From assembly GCA_963514005.1 (NCBI GenBank), contig OY740797.1, positions 12,772,001 to 12,836,000 of the forward strand: DNA of 64,000 nucleotides. The letters are read 5' to 3'. The stretch comes from Raja brachyura. Lineage: Eukaryota. A program made the position numbers and the translations under genes. Positions 12,369 through 26,042 of the stretch are shown here, in pieces; positions within the stretch are counted from its first letter, which is position 1, and each line of letters opens with the position of its first letter. The notes beneath the pieces were generated by a model. That model had not been told where the DNA came from. It saw only the letters and a list, made by a program, of their open reading frames with translations, and searched no databases.

Positions 12369-12914
12369 TTACACTAATCGTTGGACCTGTTCGAATTTAC
12401 AATTTAGGGGAGGTGCTTGCAGAGTAGCACAGGTAAATAATGGTGGATGGAATTAATGCTTAATTTGGTGGATGGTATGTAGGTTAAGCGAGCTGCTTAG
12501 TCCCGGAAGGTGAAAAAGCTTCTTTAAATTTATTGATGCTGGAATCATCTAGGTTAGTGGATGTTCTTGTCGATGGTGAAAGTATTTTGGGAGATTCAGA
12601 GATGAGTTAATTGCCAGCGAATATCCAGCTACTGACACTCCAGATTGTATTTATGCTGCTTGTCCGGTTTTACTTTTGTTTGACATTGATCTCCAAATAT
12701 ATGAGTGAATAAAGATGAAAACCTTTGATGTTAATAGATAAGGAACTGATTGGATGATCTATCGAGGAAGGATCAGGGGCCAGTTCTATGCGCCAAAATG
12801 AAGCAGAGTGTTTCAGAAGACTCCACTTCACATTACACATATAGATCAGTGATGTGTTACATATACAGTCCAGATCAGACATGGTGATGGTAGTCAACGT
12901 CACAGTGTTTATTT

Positions 12915-13212
12915 TTAGTTCAGAGATACAGTGTGAAAACAGACCCTTCAGCTCACCGAGTCCACGCCAACCATCGATTCCCACACACTACCACTATCCT
13001 ACACACTAGGGACAATTTACAATATTTACTGAAGCCAATTAACCTCCATAACCTATACGTCTTTGTATTCTGGGAGAAAACTGGAGCACCCGGGTTAAAC
13101 CCATATGGTCACGGGGAGAATGTACAAACTCTGTACAGACAGCACCCGTAGTCAGGATCAAAGCCGGGTCTCTGGCGCTGTAAGGCAGCAACTCTATGAA
13201 TGCACCATTGTG
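12915..13212 (-). mobile_element. HE1-type SINE
   Basis: Same SINE core and tail in reverse orientation. Confidence 0.8.
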
Positions 13213-13908
13213 TCACTCCAGTGGCATTGAATAGTTTTGTCTCGGATTCTCAAGGCTGAAGCTGAGAAGATCTCTAAATTTGCTACTTACTGCTAAATTA
13301 TGAAAAGTACTGAGGTTCTCGCATCCAGCATTGCCAAATTCATCTCCTGCCTTTGAAGGTAGCAGCTGCAGCATGCGATTTGCAAGGACTTTCCAAAGGT
13401 ACACAATTTTTGAGGATGTCACATCAGAAGATTAACTGGAAGGGCTTCCACTATCTTAATGTACAGCTGGCATATGGTCACAGCCCAAATAATCTGGTAA
13501 ATCCAAATGACACAGGAGGCACTCATGACACTCACACCCTCACTCATGACACTTACATCCGGTGGCAATCTGCTATACTTTCATTTTTTTAGCTACAAAA
13601 ATGTTCCAAAGGATAACTGCTTTGGAATGATGCCTGCCTTTTAAAGACATGATTGCTGGCACTGCTGTTAGCATTTGTAGTGACTTTCTACCTCTAGCAC
13701 AAACTGGCACTTATAAGGGCTAGACCATTTGTGGCTGCTGGCTAGTAGCAGGAGGGAGCCAGAAGCAACAATGACGGACCTCTTCTGAACATGCAGCCAG
13801 AGATAATTGAATGAATAAAGATTATTCCAGAAACTTGAACTATATTATTTTACAGTTCACATTTGACCTTTTTTCTACTGCTGATTATCTCAGATTTCCT
13901 TTCGCCAA

Positions 13909-14140
13909 CAGGGGCCGCGGAGCATTTTTGAAAGTGGGGGGTGGCTGAGCGATCACTGATCACCAGCCTCGGGGGTACCCGGCGAGTGTGCGAAGCGGCC
14001 GAGCGGTGGGAAGTTGTGGGAGGGGGAGTGCCCCCATCCCACGGTAGGGACTTTTTGAAATTTGATGTATTAAAATCATGTTTTAGTGCATTGTTGAAGT
14101 ATGATTTCAATGTATTTTGTTTGAAGTATTTTTAAGATAG
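13909..14140 (+). mobile_element. Truncated MITE-like DNA transposon end (hAT-like CAGGGGC terminus)
   Basis: CAGGGGCCGCGGAGCATTTTTGAAAGTGGGGGG start and GC-rich body; no right TIR found. Confidence 0.4.
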
Positions 14141-15289
14141 TGTAGGGCCTACATGAGAGAGCAGGTGATTATTATTTTTGACCCGAAACGATACTTCACC
14201 CATTCATTTTCTCCAGAGATGCTGCCTTACTGAGTTACTCCACCATTTTGTGTCTTCCCTATTTCCATGCCCTTCCTCCCAGACTTTTACAAGGTTTCCC
14301 CTTCAGTGCTAGGCGCAGCCCTCTTTGTGAAGGATCTCCTGAAGCGCTGTCTCTCCACTCTCTGCTGAGTTTGTCGTCTGAGGTTGCCTCTGGTGTGATC
14401 ACCCAAAGTCCACGTTGTACGTCTCTTGGAACAACTTCTCCTTGTTTGTTCCACCACAGGATTGTGAACATGCTGTCAGTCTCCTACTTCCCTCCCCTGC
14501 AATGTCAATAGCCCGAGAGTCTACACATGACTGAGACCTTTCATTGCACAGCCATTCTGGTTTCCCTACGAACTCTTGACATCCTTCCAGGTGTGAGACC
14601 AGAGCTGACCCTGGAATCTATCCGGGGTTAGCCAGTGTTTGGAATGGCAGCTCTCTGTGTTGTTTGTTCCTGGTTCCTCTATAAATAGGAGTTGGGTTGT
14701 TCAGCAGCATTCTCCAGTAGTCTGACCCCGTGACTTGCCCTCAGACCCCAGGCTCCTCCTCCCGTCGCTCGCTTCCGTGTGTGAGTGTGGGAAGCCTCTA
14801 CTCTTCCTCCCTCCACCCCAACCCCCTTCACGTTCACCAGCCCGCTAGCCCGCCCCTACCACGGTGAGTTGCTGACCCGCCCCCCCACCCACCCCCCCCG
14901 TCCCGGTGTGTTACAGATGAGGTTGCCGTTTCTGCAGACACTGAACTATCCGTGTCGGTCATTAAAGTACATCCGCTGGGCTGGCCGCTAACATCTGGGG
15001 GAAACATTGCTAAAAAAGCCCCCAGTTCCACGGCCCACGGCCCATGGCCAAAGCTTGGCTGGTGGAAGACTTTGCCTGTATGACTCTGCAAATGATCGGG
15101 CAGTATAACCTCCAGCAATTGTTAGTCTAGAGGGCCAAACTCCAGTCTGCATTATCCCATCATAATTTTCAGCAGTATGAGTTCCCTGGTTGACTGAATG
15201 ACAGTTGACAGCAAGGGCACAGATGGAGTAGGAGAGGGTGCAAGATTAATTGATGTCATTCAAAGAAAGGATAGATTAATTTTATGTCG

Positions 15290-16032
15290 TCCTGACTCCG
15301 CATTGAAGTTTGACAAACAAATCAATGCCGTGATAAAAGCTAACTTCTTCCAGCTTCGCACGATAGCTAAAATAAAACCATTCCTCCAATTTGACGACCT
15401 CAAAAAGATAATCTGCTCATTTTTCTCCTCCCGCCTTGATTACTGCAACTCCCTTTACACTGGCATCAACCAATCATCCCTGTCCCGCCTGCAATTGGTC
15501 CAAAACGCCGCAGCATGACTTCTGACGGGCACCCGAAAAAGGGACCACATCACCCCGATCCTGGCCTCTCTCCACTGGCTCCGTGTGCGGTTCAGAATCA
15601 ATTTCAAGCTCCTCCTTTATGTATACGAAGCCCTTAACAAGCTTGCCCCCACCTACATCAAAAGTCTGCTAACCAACCACACCACCTCCAGGTCCCCCAG
15701 TCGGCCGCCTTGGGGTTATTGACCATCCCGCGGTCTAGGCATAAGCTCGGGCAAGCGCGCTTTTGCGGTTACAGCACCTAGACTATGGAACAGCATCCCT
15801 CTTCCCATCAGAACTGCCCCCTCCATCAACTCTTTTAAGTCTAGACTTAAAACTTCTACTCGTAAGCATTTCTTGAGGGAGCGCTGTATGTATGTATTTA
15901 TGTATGTATTGTTGTTCTAAGTAAAACTGTTTGGAGTACGTTAGTACCTGCACTGATGTAAAGCACTTTGGTCAACGAGAGTTGTTTTTAAATGTGCTAT
16001 AGAAATAAAATTGACTTGACTTGACTTGACTA
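15290..16032 (+). mobile_element. L2-clade LINE, 5'-truncated
   Basis: RLDYCNSL...LQLVQNAAA...DHITPILASLHWL C-terminal motifs; AATAAA + (TTGAC)n tail. Confidence 0.85.
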
Positions 16033-16307
16033 GAATAGTGTATTAACAATCCCAATAATCTGGTGAAGGGTAGTTGCTGCACTTATTTACCCTTTGGTGT
16101 TGCCCTTTTCTGTGCTTTCACTGTGACATTCAAATGTGGAGGAGCATCTGCTTGTTATGCAATGGATATACAGAGGCTTGTCCACCACTCTGCTGCTGGA
16201 AGTGATAGGCTCCATGCACTGCCCAAAGCAGTGTAAGAGTTTGCACAAGGCTTCTCCAAACTCCTTGCTTGCATGTCTCACACTTTGTGTCGGCAGACGT
16301 ACAAATC

Positions 16308-16830
16308 CTCAACTGAGTGTTGGTCACCCTGCTATAGAAAATACATCACTAAGCTGGAAAGAGTGCAGAGAAGATTTACCAGGATATTGCCAGGACTCAA
16401 GGGTCTGAGCGAAAGGGAAGGGCTGGGCTAGGTAGGACTTTATTCCTTGGAGTGCAGGAGGTGAGGGGTGATCTTATAGAGGTGTATAAAATCATAGATA
16501 GGGTGAATGCACAGAGTCCCATGCCCAGCATAGGGAAATCAAGAACCAGATGATTTAAGTTAAAGCTGCGAGGGGAAAAGATTTAATTGCAATATGAGGG
16601 GCAACTTTTTCGCTCAGAGGGTTGTGGGTATATGGAATGAGCTGCCAGAGGAGTTAGTTGGCACAGGTACAATAACAGCATTAAAAAGACAATTGGACAG
16701 TTTTATGGACAGGAAAGGCTCAGTGGGATATGGGGCAAATACAATCAAGTTGGACATACCTAGATGGAGCATTCAGGCTGGTATTGATGTGTTGGCCAAA
16801 TAAGCCATTTCCATGCTGCATGATTCTATG
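16308..16830 (+). mobile_element. CR1-type LINE 3' fragment
   Basis: LERVQRRF, RGDLIEVYK, FFAQRVVGIWNELP motifs, degenerate. Confidence 0.8.
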
Positions 16831-16974
16831 AATTTGAGCCCTCTGCAGCTGAACTCATTGATCTAGGTCTCCATGGAGTTGGCATCGTGACTGTCCTTTC
16901 CTCTGTGTACTGTCCACTCATATGGTGACTAACCACATGCTGGTTCTGCCTCTAATTCAGTACTTAAATTATGT

Positions 16975-17176
16975 GTAGGGTGGAACTACAGATGCTGATT
17001 TATACCGAAAATAGACACAAAATGCTGCAGTGGGTCAGGCAGCATCTCTGGAGAAAAGGAATAGATTAAGTTTTGGGTCGGAACCCATCTTCAGACGGAA
17101 GTCTGAAACGTCACCTATTCTTTTTCTCCAGAGATGCTACCTGACCGGCTGAGTTACACCAGCATTTTGTGTCTAC
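16975..17176. repeat. Inverted pair of Penelope-like pseudo-LTR repeats
   Basis: TAGACACAAAATGCTG...GCAGCATCTCTGGAGAAAA mirrored by TTTTCTCCAGAGATGCT...CAGCATTTTGTGTCTA. Confidence 0.7.
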
Positions 17177-18469
17177 CTAAATTATGTGCATTGCTTAAAT
17201 TTGCTTGATAAGATCTGAAGTTTTAGTTGTCTGAGTAAAGCACAAGAATTAAGCTGTGATAAGTAGGACAGTGGGATTGGATATGCAGCATGTTTAACAT
17301 TATTTTCAAAGCCTCTAATCTCATCTCTGCTGCACCACATGCTATGAGATAGTTCTAAAAGAAGATAATTTGATAATTAAAAAATATATGTAATCATCCA
17401 TGGTAATTGGTTGTTACGGACAAAAGTCAAGTCAAGAGAGTTTATTGACAATACCAGTGCTTTATCCCCATCTGTTATTATACCTTTTTGGTGGTGATCA
17501 GCAGTTTTCATGAATTGCAGTCTTCAGAGTATTCATCTATCATTAATAAAATAATTATTATTTTATAAGCCCGAATGGTGGTGGCTCGAAGGGGACTTTG
17601 GGATTCCTATGTATATATTTCTCATGTCTGAGATGGTGGAATTTGCAGTTTTTTTGAGGGGGTGATGTGAAGGCTGCCTTGCCAGGTTGCAGCATATTTT
17701 GTTAAGGACATACAATAGAACCACTGTACACTAGTGATGGGGAGTGAATGTTCAAAGTGATGGATAGCTTACAGTGTCGTGGACGGCATCCTGAGTGTTG
17801 TTGCAGCTGTGTGCATCAAAACAATGCAGTTTTCAATCACACTCCTGACCTGTACCCTGTAGATGGTGAAAAAGCCCGGGAGAGTAAGGAAGTGAGCCAC
17901 TTGTCATAAATACCCAGCTGCTGGCATGCTCTTTTTAGCCACAGGTCAATTTCTGGTTTACAGGATGTTGATAGTGGGAATTTTGACAATTATTATATTC
18001 ATTAATCTTGAGGGAAGATGGTTGCATTATCTCTTTTCAGAGATTATTTTTTTCCACCTACTTGTGTGGCATGAATATTATTTTCCGCATATCATCCAAA
18101 GTTAAATACTCAGAAAGTTTCATGGCAAGTCTACACAATGTAGGATTCCACACAGAATGTGGAATGGTCTTGAAGAATGGGAATGAGGATGACAGGCCAT
18201 TGTCATTTACTTTGCTATGCATTTTGCTATTTGTTTGCTGTTTAAAATTGGAAATGCTATTGAAGAATGAAGTCAGTTTTATAAAAAGTAATATTAACTG
18301 GAAAAAATACCTTGATAGGGACAATGTTGAAAAGGCAAATTGAAGTGGATGCAGTATGATCATTGATTCTTCAGAATGCAGGTGAAAATTACTCTCAATT
18401 CAAATTGATGACAGGGATTATGTTTGTGATAGTTTAGCATTATATCTTGCCTCAGCAATGTTATATTCC

Positions 18470-19000
18470 ACAGATGCGCTGTAAAAAGCATTTTATCTTC
18501 TACAGATGCACCATAGAAAGTATTTTTTCTTCTACTGATGAACCATCGAAAGTATTTTGTTGGGATGCATCACAGCACAGTTTGGGAACACCTCTATCCA
18601 AGACTGTACGGAATTGCAGAGAGCTGTGAATACAGTCCAGACCATCATGCAAATCAACCTCCCTTCCATTGACTCCATCTGCACTTCATGCTGCCTCGGC
18701 AAGGCCACCAGTCCTTGATAATCAAGTCCTTGATAATCAAGGACCATTCCAGTCACTCCCTCTTCTTCCCTCTCCCATGAAGCAAGTGGTATAGAGCTTT
18801 GAAAATGCGCACCTCCAGATTCAGGGCCAATTGCTTCCCAGCTGTTATCAGGCAACTGAACTATCCTATCACCAACTAGAGATTTGTCCTGACCTCACAT
18901 CTACCCCATTGGAAACCTTTGAACTATCTTTAATCTAAGTCCAATCTTTAATTGGACTTTACTGAACTTTATCTTGCACTAAATGTAATAACCTAAATAC
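18470..19000 (+). mobile_element. Rex1/Babar-like LINE 3' fragment (tail resumes at ~20041-20155)
   Basis: FYRCTIESI motif; same family as 34535-35030 and 50680-51030. Confidence 0.75.
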
Positions 19001-19009
19001 ATTGTGAGA

Positions 19010-20040
19010 ATTCTGGCTTACTAATATGCCCACCAGACTATGCAAGTAAAATGTGGCAATGGGGTCTCAGCCCCATTTGGGGCTAGCAATGGTGTCAGAC
19101 AAGAGGGAATTTTGTTCCCAGTTCTTTTTAATCTCTATATTGATGATCTGTCCAAGCAATTGAAAGCCTGTAATACTGGGTGCATGATTGGTAATACTCT
19201 AGTGAACCATATTATGTATGCAGATGATTTTGTGGTCTTTAGTCCATCTAGCACTGGTCTCCAGCAGCTCCTTACTATATGTTCTGTGTACGGTGTGCAA
19301 CACAATATTAAATATAATGCTGGTAAGAGTGCTGTTATGATCTGTAGAACCAATGAGGATAAATGTCTAACATTTCCTGATTTTAAATTGTCTGATAATG
19401 ATCTTAGTGTCTGCAATAAGGTAAAATATCTTGGACATTTTATTATAGAACAAATGACAGATGATGAGGATATTTATAGGCAACACCATATGATGTATGC
19501 ACAAGCAAGTTTAGTGCGTGTACAGATGGAGTGAAGATGTACACTCCCGGCTGTTATCAGGCAACTGAACTATCCTGTTCAGAGCATATTGTACACCGCT
19601 CCTTACTGCACACATATGGTCAAACTACAGAAAAGCAACCTTACAGAGACTTAAAATAGCTTATAATTATGCCAGGAGAATATTACTTAAGAGACCTAGA
19701 TGGTGTAGTGAAAGTGCAATGTTTGTGGCTGCAGGAGTCAATACTTTACAAACTGTCTTAAGAAATCTTATGTATAAATTTATTTGCCGGATTAATGACT
19801 CTGAAAATGAAATTATCTTGGCCTTATCAAACATAACGTTTAGCACTACACACTTCCAATCCCAGCTGTGGAGACATTGGTATAGTTGTCTCTTTGCAGG
19901 ACACTGATTTTTTTAATTCTTGATCTTAAACCATGTATTGTGCTTTTGTATGTAATTTATTGTGCTTTTGTACGCAATTTATTTGATGTAATGTCTTGTA
20001 TTTTATCTGGACCTTGAGTCTGTAATGAAAAGTAAGTAAG
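19010..20040 (+). mobile_element. 5'-truncated LINE, probably RTE-X clade, nested in the Rex1 3' UTR
   Basis: SNGVRQ.GIL.P.LFNLYIDDL, HIMYADD, KYLGH motifs; (AAGT)n tail. Confidence 0.75.
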
Positions 20041-20199
20041 TATACACTGTGCACAGCTTGATTGTAATCATGTATAGGGTTGTCGCTAACTGGATAGCAT
20101 GCAAAACAAAATATTCACTGTACCTCGGTACATGTGACAATAATAATAAACTGATTTAACTACATTAACTAGTTATACAGGCATAACATTTTACAGCAT

Positions 20200-20475
20200 G
20201 GAAACAAGTTCTTCAGCCTATTGAGTCTGCGCCGATCATCAATCACCATATTAATCGTACGTTGTATCCTTTTTTTCCACATTCTCATTAACTCCCCTTA
20301 CATTCTACCACAATTAACCCACCAACCTGGATGACTTTGGGATGCAGGAGAGCACTTGGAGGACCCACACAGTCACAGGGAGAACATGCAAACTTCATAC
20401 AGACAGTTTCTGAGGGTAGGATTAAACCTGGATCTTTGTTGCTGTGAGGCAATGGCTCTACTCGATATGCCACTG
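20200..20475 (-). mobile_element. Degenerate HE1-type SINE
   Basis: CAGTCACAGGGAGAACATGCAAACT core in reverse orientation. Confidence 0.6.
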
Positions 20476-20557
20476 TAAAAAGACTGGAAAACTATTTTAT
20501 GCACATTTAAAATTCACCAACCAATTTCAATTTTGAGATTTCGGCTTTGAGATTTAG

Positions 20558-20850
20558 GGCGACACAGTGGCGCAGTGGTAGAGTTGCTGCCTTACAGTGC
20601 CAGATCGTGACTATGGGTGCTGTCAGTACGGAGTTTGTACGTTCTCGCCTTGACCGCTTGAGTTTTCTCCAGATGCTTCGGTTTCCTCCCACTCTCGAAA
20701 GATGTTCAGGTTTGTTAGTTAATTGGCTTTGGTAAAATTGTAAATTGTCCCGAGTGAGTGGGATGGTACTCGTGTGTGGGGTGATCACTGGTTGGGCGTG
20801 GACTTGGTGGACCAAAGGGTCCGTTTCCGCGCTGTGTCTCTAAAGTCCAA
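20558..20850 (+). mobile_element. HE1-type SINE
   Basis: GTGGCGCAGTGGTAGAGTTGCTGCC head and GTTTCCGCGCTGTGTCTCTAAA tail. Confidence 0.8.
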
Positions 20851-21068
20851 AGTGTGAAAGGGGAAAGATCTTTTTGAAATCTAACACCATCTAACCAGAA
20901 TATTTGGCGATAATCAAGCCTTTCTTACTAGGGCAACTTATTTCTTAGGGGAAAAAAAAACAATGAGCATGTGTTTTTGGCTTTCTGAAATCACAAGAGA
21001 AGTTAGCTAAATAATTCAATTTCCATCAGATCCCAGTCATTAATCCAGCAATATCCTTTGTATCTCAG

Positions 21069-21265
21069 CTCGGCAGCGAAATCGAATCCGTGAGCTGGAA
21101 CCATTGCAAGGCATGCTTGTAATCACAACAGAGAGTTGTGAACAGAAGCTTCTTGCCCTGCGTGAAGAAGAAAAATTTGAGATTCTATCACTGAAGCGTG
21201 AAAGAACACAGCTACTCAAAAACATTGATAATTTAATGGAAACGCAGGATTCTCTGAAGACCCAG
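21069..21265 (+). CDS. TSNAXIP1: TSNAXIP1 exon (ARQRNRIRELEPLQGMLV...DSLKTQ)
   Basis: CAG acceptor, GTCAGT donor, phases 1 to 0; coiled-coil region resembling human IRALEPLKAKLV. Confidence 0.95.
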
Positions 21266-21294
21266 GTCAGTTAATTCATGTGTGACTGGCATTG

Positions 21295-21940
21295 AGTTAT
21301 ACAGTATGGAAACAGGCCCTTGGACCCAACTCATCCAAACAGACCATGATGTCCATATGAGCTGGTCTTATTTGCTTGCGTTTGGGCCATAACCATTTAA
21401 GCTTTTTTTTCCTTCTATCTATGTACATGTCCAAATGTCTTTTAAACATTGTAATTGTACCCATCCCTACAGTTTATTTTCGCAACTCGTTCAATATATC
21501 CACCACCTTCTCTGGGTAAAAGTTGCACCTCAGGTTCTTTCTAAATCTTACTCCTATTACATGTGACAATAAACTGACCTTGAAACCTTGAAACCTTACT
21601 TCAAATTTCTGCCCTCTAGTTTTATTCTCCACCACCCTGAGAAAAACTGTGACCATCCACCATATCTATGATCGTCATGATTTTGTATGTCTATAAGGTC
21701 ACCTTTGAACTTCCTACGCCACAGAAGAAAGGTAACCCAGTCTTCTTCTTGCGTATGGCGTGCATAGCCTAAAGTTGTAGGACAACTTGTTCTATTTGAT
21801 CTTATTTGAATGTGCACGCCGGGTTGATTGTATTCATCGAAACAGGGCAGACCACATGTAGGTTGCAATCTTCCACCCCGGTAACCCAGTCTGTCTCCAG
21901 CCTCTGCTTATAATCAAGCCCTCCAAACCCCGTAATATCT
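21295..21940 (-). mobile_element. Degenerate CR1-type LINE 3' fragment with small nested pieces
   Basis: KVVDILNEL and KGDLID motifs on -; tail shared with the SINE family. Confidence 0.6.
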
Positions 21941-23294
21941 TTGTGTCATATATTCTTTAAGTAACATGCAGGATAATATGATGCAGACCCCCTTCAAATT
22001 AGATTAAAATTCAAACTAGTTGGCTTCTAATAGCTTTCCAAATGCTGTGGCTTGTTTGTTGCATATAATAAAATGATTATTAGGGTATTCTTGCCTTCAC
22101 TTTCTGCTTTTTGGCTTGATCTAAATAAATGGAACCATATGACCTCAAATCACATGTCTTTTTCCACATTAGGACAATCTGATTGACGTTGCATTATTGC
22201 TCCCAAAGCAGCACAAACAGAGCATTCTTTCAAATTAAAATGAAACATTCTTTATCATAGAATGACCATTTATCATTTTCCTGCCCTGCTTTCCCAGTAT
22301 ACTGACTCTTTTGTTTGGGCGTGGTTACATGAAAATCATTAACTATCTCATCATTATTTACATGCTCACCTCAAATGTGCTGTGTCAGCAATCTACTTCA
22401 TAAACTTTTAATTGGTGTAAGACAGCAATTATTGTAATTTACTTGTGTATTGGCTGATACTATTTTGTTGTTAGTTGGCTGCCAAATTGATCAACAGGCT
22501 GCAATGTTCGAATGTCTATTTAAAAAAATAAATGATGTTATTTATTCATATTGACAATAGAAAAGGAAAGGTTTTACATTATACAATGGTCCATTGTCTC
22601 AATACTATAAATGTAACCACAGTAATTGTGTGGGGGGGAAAGCGGTAGCACATTTGCACATCAGTAAACGGAACTAAGATGTCTGTACAGATGCTCTTTC
22701 TTTTATGGGACATTGGTTGTGGGATAAATTAGATCGAGGCACCCAGATAATTTAGCTGCTCTTCTTTAAATAATAGCAGTTTATTTGGAACGGCAGATGC
22801 GCCATGGTTTGACCTACCATTTGAAATGGTTTTTTTTACTGCATATGCCTTTTCATCTCTGCTTTTATATTCTCAGCTGTACAGAGATACCAGTTAAAAC
22901 TGTACCTTGATCTTCAATCTTGCAATTTATTTATCTTCTGAGGCTTCTGAGTAAAAAAAAGTAATTGAATTAAATAGCACAGAAACACGCCATTTTGCTC
23001 ATTATGTCCATGGTGAACATTAAGTACCTATCCATATGAATCTTATTTACCTGCATTGCTCCACTGTCTACTGTGCCCACTGGTTTTAATTTATTTTCTT
23101 CAGGCTAACGTCAAATATTCATGTGAAATTTTATTTCATAAAAAACAAGTTATATTAGGGAATAAGATTGTTTCATATTCCATCTTCTACGTCGCTCATT
23201 ATGATGACAAAAATAAAACACAATTTTCTTTAGAAAACTTTTAATTGTAGAAATTCCATAGTGCTTATTTTTGAGTTAGTTTTCTGATTTGCAG

Positions 23295-23433
23295 GTTAGT
23301 AAGCTTCAGGAAGAGCTGGCAACTGAATATGAACGATATCGAGAACAAAAAGATGCACGCATTCTTCTGATCACCGATATGAATAATCTACATGTTCAAC
23401 AAGAAGAGCCAGTACATTCTCAGGCAAAAGAAG
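23295..23433 (+). CDS. TSNAXIP1: TSNAXIP1 exon (VSKLQEELATEYERYREQKDARILLITDMN...)
   Basis: TTGCAG acceptor, G|GTGAAA donor; resembles human VTKLRKNLAEEYLHYLSERDACKILIADLN. Confidence 0.93.
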
Positions 23434-24299
23434 GTGAAATGATATAGTTGGTTTATATACTTCTGTTGTATGACAACTAAGTTATATTCATTCTGCTTGT
23501 GTATGAGAATCATGGTGTTTTCAAGATAAGTTGCAGTGGCACTGGGAATCAAGTCAATCTTACGTGCAGGAAGGAACTGCAGATGCTAATTTATACGGAT
23601 GATGGACACAAAGTGCAGAGGTAGCTCAGCAGGTCAGGTAGCATCTCTGGAGAAAAAGAATGGGTGGTCTTTCAGTTCGGAACCCTTCTTCAGACTTCTT
23701 TGTGGCAGTTTTGTTAATTTGATGTTGAAAAAGCAATGTCAATTATTGATTATTCAACCTGGCTCAGGATTGGAACTCAATAAATAGACTTTTCAGTGGA
23801 ACTGCTTCAAATTAACCTACAGGTTTTAATGGGTTTCTTCAAGGAGCTCTTGTGATTAGGGATGTGGACTTGCAGATACTACCATATGTAGGGCATGGAT
23901 GCCCGATGGGTAAATGCAGTGCTATTTTTATGACGGTATATGCTGGAATGGCGTACATGCACCCCTCAATAGCCAAAAACTAGAATTTCAATTTTTTTGA
24001 ATTTGTATTTCAATCTTCAGTATTAAATTATAAATTTTATTACAAAAGACTATGAAAGCTTAAAGCATTGCTTGAACTGTTATATCCTAGGTTGTGATAA
24101 TAATATGATCATTTAATTTTCCAGAAATGTGATACGTATGTTTGGTTAAAAAAGGTGAATATTTTTGTCATAAAATGCTTCATTTTTAACGTGTGTTACT
24201 TTGAAATTTGAAATTCATTGGTTCCCAATATCAAAACAGAGGAGGAAATTGGTGGTATGAAAATGTTGATAAATGTGGCTTAAAGTTTAATTGATATGT

Positions 24300-24600
24300 A
24301 TTAGTTTAATTTAGTGATACAGTGTGGAAACAGGCCCTTTTGGCCGACCAGGTCCATGCTGACCCCTGATCACCCATACACTAGTTCTATCCTACACACT
24401 AGGGACAATTTACAGAAGCCAATTAATCTACAAACCTGCATGTCTTTGGAATGTGTGAGGAAAAGGGAGCACCTGCAGAAAACTCACACGGTCACAGGGA
24501 GAATGTACAAACTCCATGCAGACAGCACCCGTACTCAGGATCGAACCTTGGTCTCTGGTGATGTAAGGCAACAACTCTTCTGCTGTGCCACTGTGCCACC
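24300..24600 (-). mobile_element. HE1-type SINE
   Basis: Full core and tail in reverse orientation. Confidence 0.8.
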
Positions 24601-25872
24601 CATTTTTAAACCATTTTTAAACATTTCTATACCGAAAAGTATATGAATATATTTGCATTTAGTAAGCCATATAGTTTCAGCTGTTTAAATATACCAGTGC
24701 CTGTTTATATTCATAAATATTTGGTCCACAACTTAATACCTGGATATTTGCTTGTGTATCACTAGGGGGAAAAGGAAGGGATAAATGTGTGCTTCATTGT
24801 AGACACAAAAAAAAACTATTTTGAGCTACTTGAATTGGAAACAATCAAAATTAGAATAGAGTGTAAGAAGTCCAATGTAAGTAAAATAATATATTTAGAT
24901 GTGGATGAAAAAATTAAATAAGTTTTAAAATTGATTGATTAATTTTACAACTATAAAATGATCTAGCTTTTTCTTGATATGTGTTACATATTTGATGTGA
25001 ACTTTTGTAAAAACTCTTATATCTGTTTTACTAAGAATAAGCACATTTGCAGTGTTCAGTTTTGGTTTACATTTCAATCACGGAACCATCCTACAAACAA
25101 CGAGAGAGCAATCCTGAGCTACTATCTACCTCATTGGAGACTCTCGGACTACCTTTGTACGGACTTTACTGGACTTTGGCTTGCACTAAACGTTATTCTT
25201 ATTATTCCATTTAGCATGTACCTGCACACTGTAGATGGCTCAATTGTAATCATGTATTGTCTTTATGATTAGTTGGCACGCAACAAAAGTTTTGTTAAAA
25301 AAATAATATTTTTATTACAAGCAGTGTACAGTAGTACAAACCGTGGCATATGACAAAATACATTTATTGTACCTTTCATTTTAATTTTGACAAAAATGAC
25401 ATAAAAAAAGAGAGAAAGAGCAAGAAAGTGAAAAAGTGAAAGAGATAGTGAATATGTAAAGTAGAACCCCTAAGCTACCAAAGAGTGTAGTCACAAAGTG
25501 AGTAAGTAAAAACTTAAAAAAAAATAAAAAGACATAAACAAAAAATAATTTTAAAAAAAAGACCAAAACGTGTTGATATACCTGCTTCATTTCTCACCTC
25601 GCCCATCACCCTGTCCGTAAATCCGTTTAACAAAAGCTTTTTAATGTACATCAGTACACGTGACAATAAACTAAGCTAAACTACACTAAGCTAAACAAAA
25701 AATTTGTAGTTGTGTTGACTCAACGAACCAAAACCGGAGTCTGCTCTGACTACTGTTGGTTGACATGGTACTTTTAATACTGATATTTGCATGATACTGA
25801 AAGGTATTAAATGTGATTGACGATATAGATAAGATATTTTTTCAAACAGTTTTCACATGTTGTTTTTCAAAG

Positions 25873-26042
25873 CCGATGAGGCTGATGATCCCGTTAAACT
25901 GAAATTGGCGTTGAAGGTGGCTCATGAAGACCTCAAGGGATTGCAAATTACGCTAAACGAAATGAAGGCAGAGTATGGGGATGTGATTCCAAGAAGGGAG
26001 TTTGAAACTTTAGAAAAAACCTATAATGAGCTAACTGAGAAG
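25873..26042 (+). CDS. TSNAXIP1: TSNAXIP1 exon (DEADDPVKLKLALKVAHEDL...YGDVIPRREFETLEK)
   Basis: AG acceptor, GTATGT donor; conserved DPVKLxLALK and GDVxPRR motifs. Confidence 0.95.
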
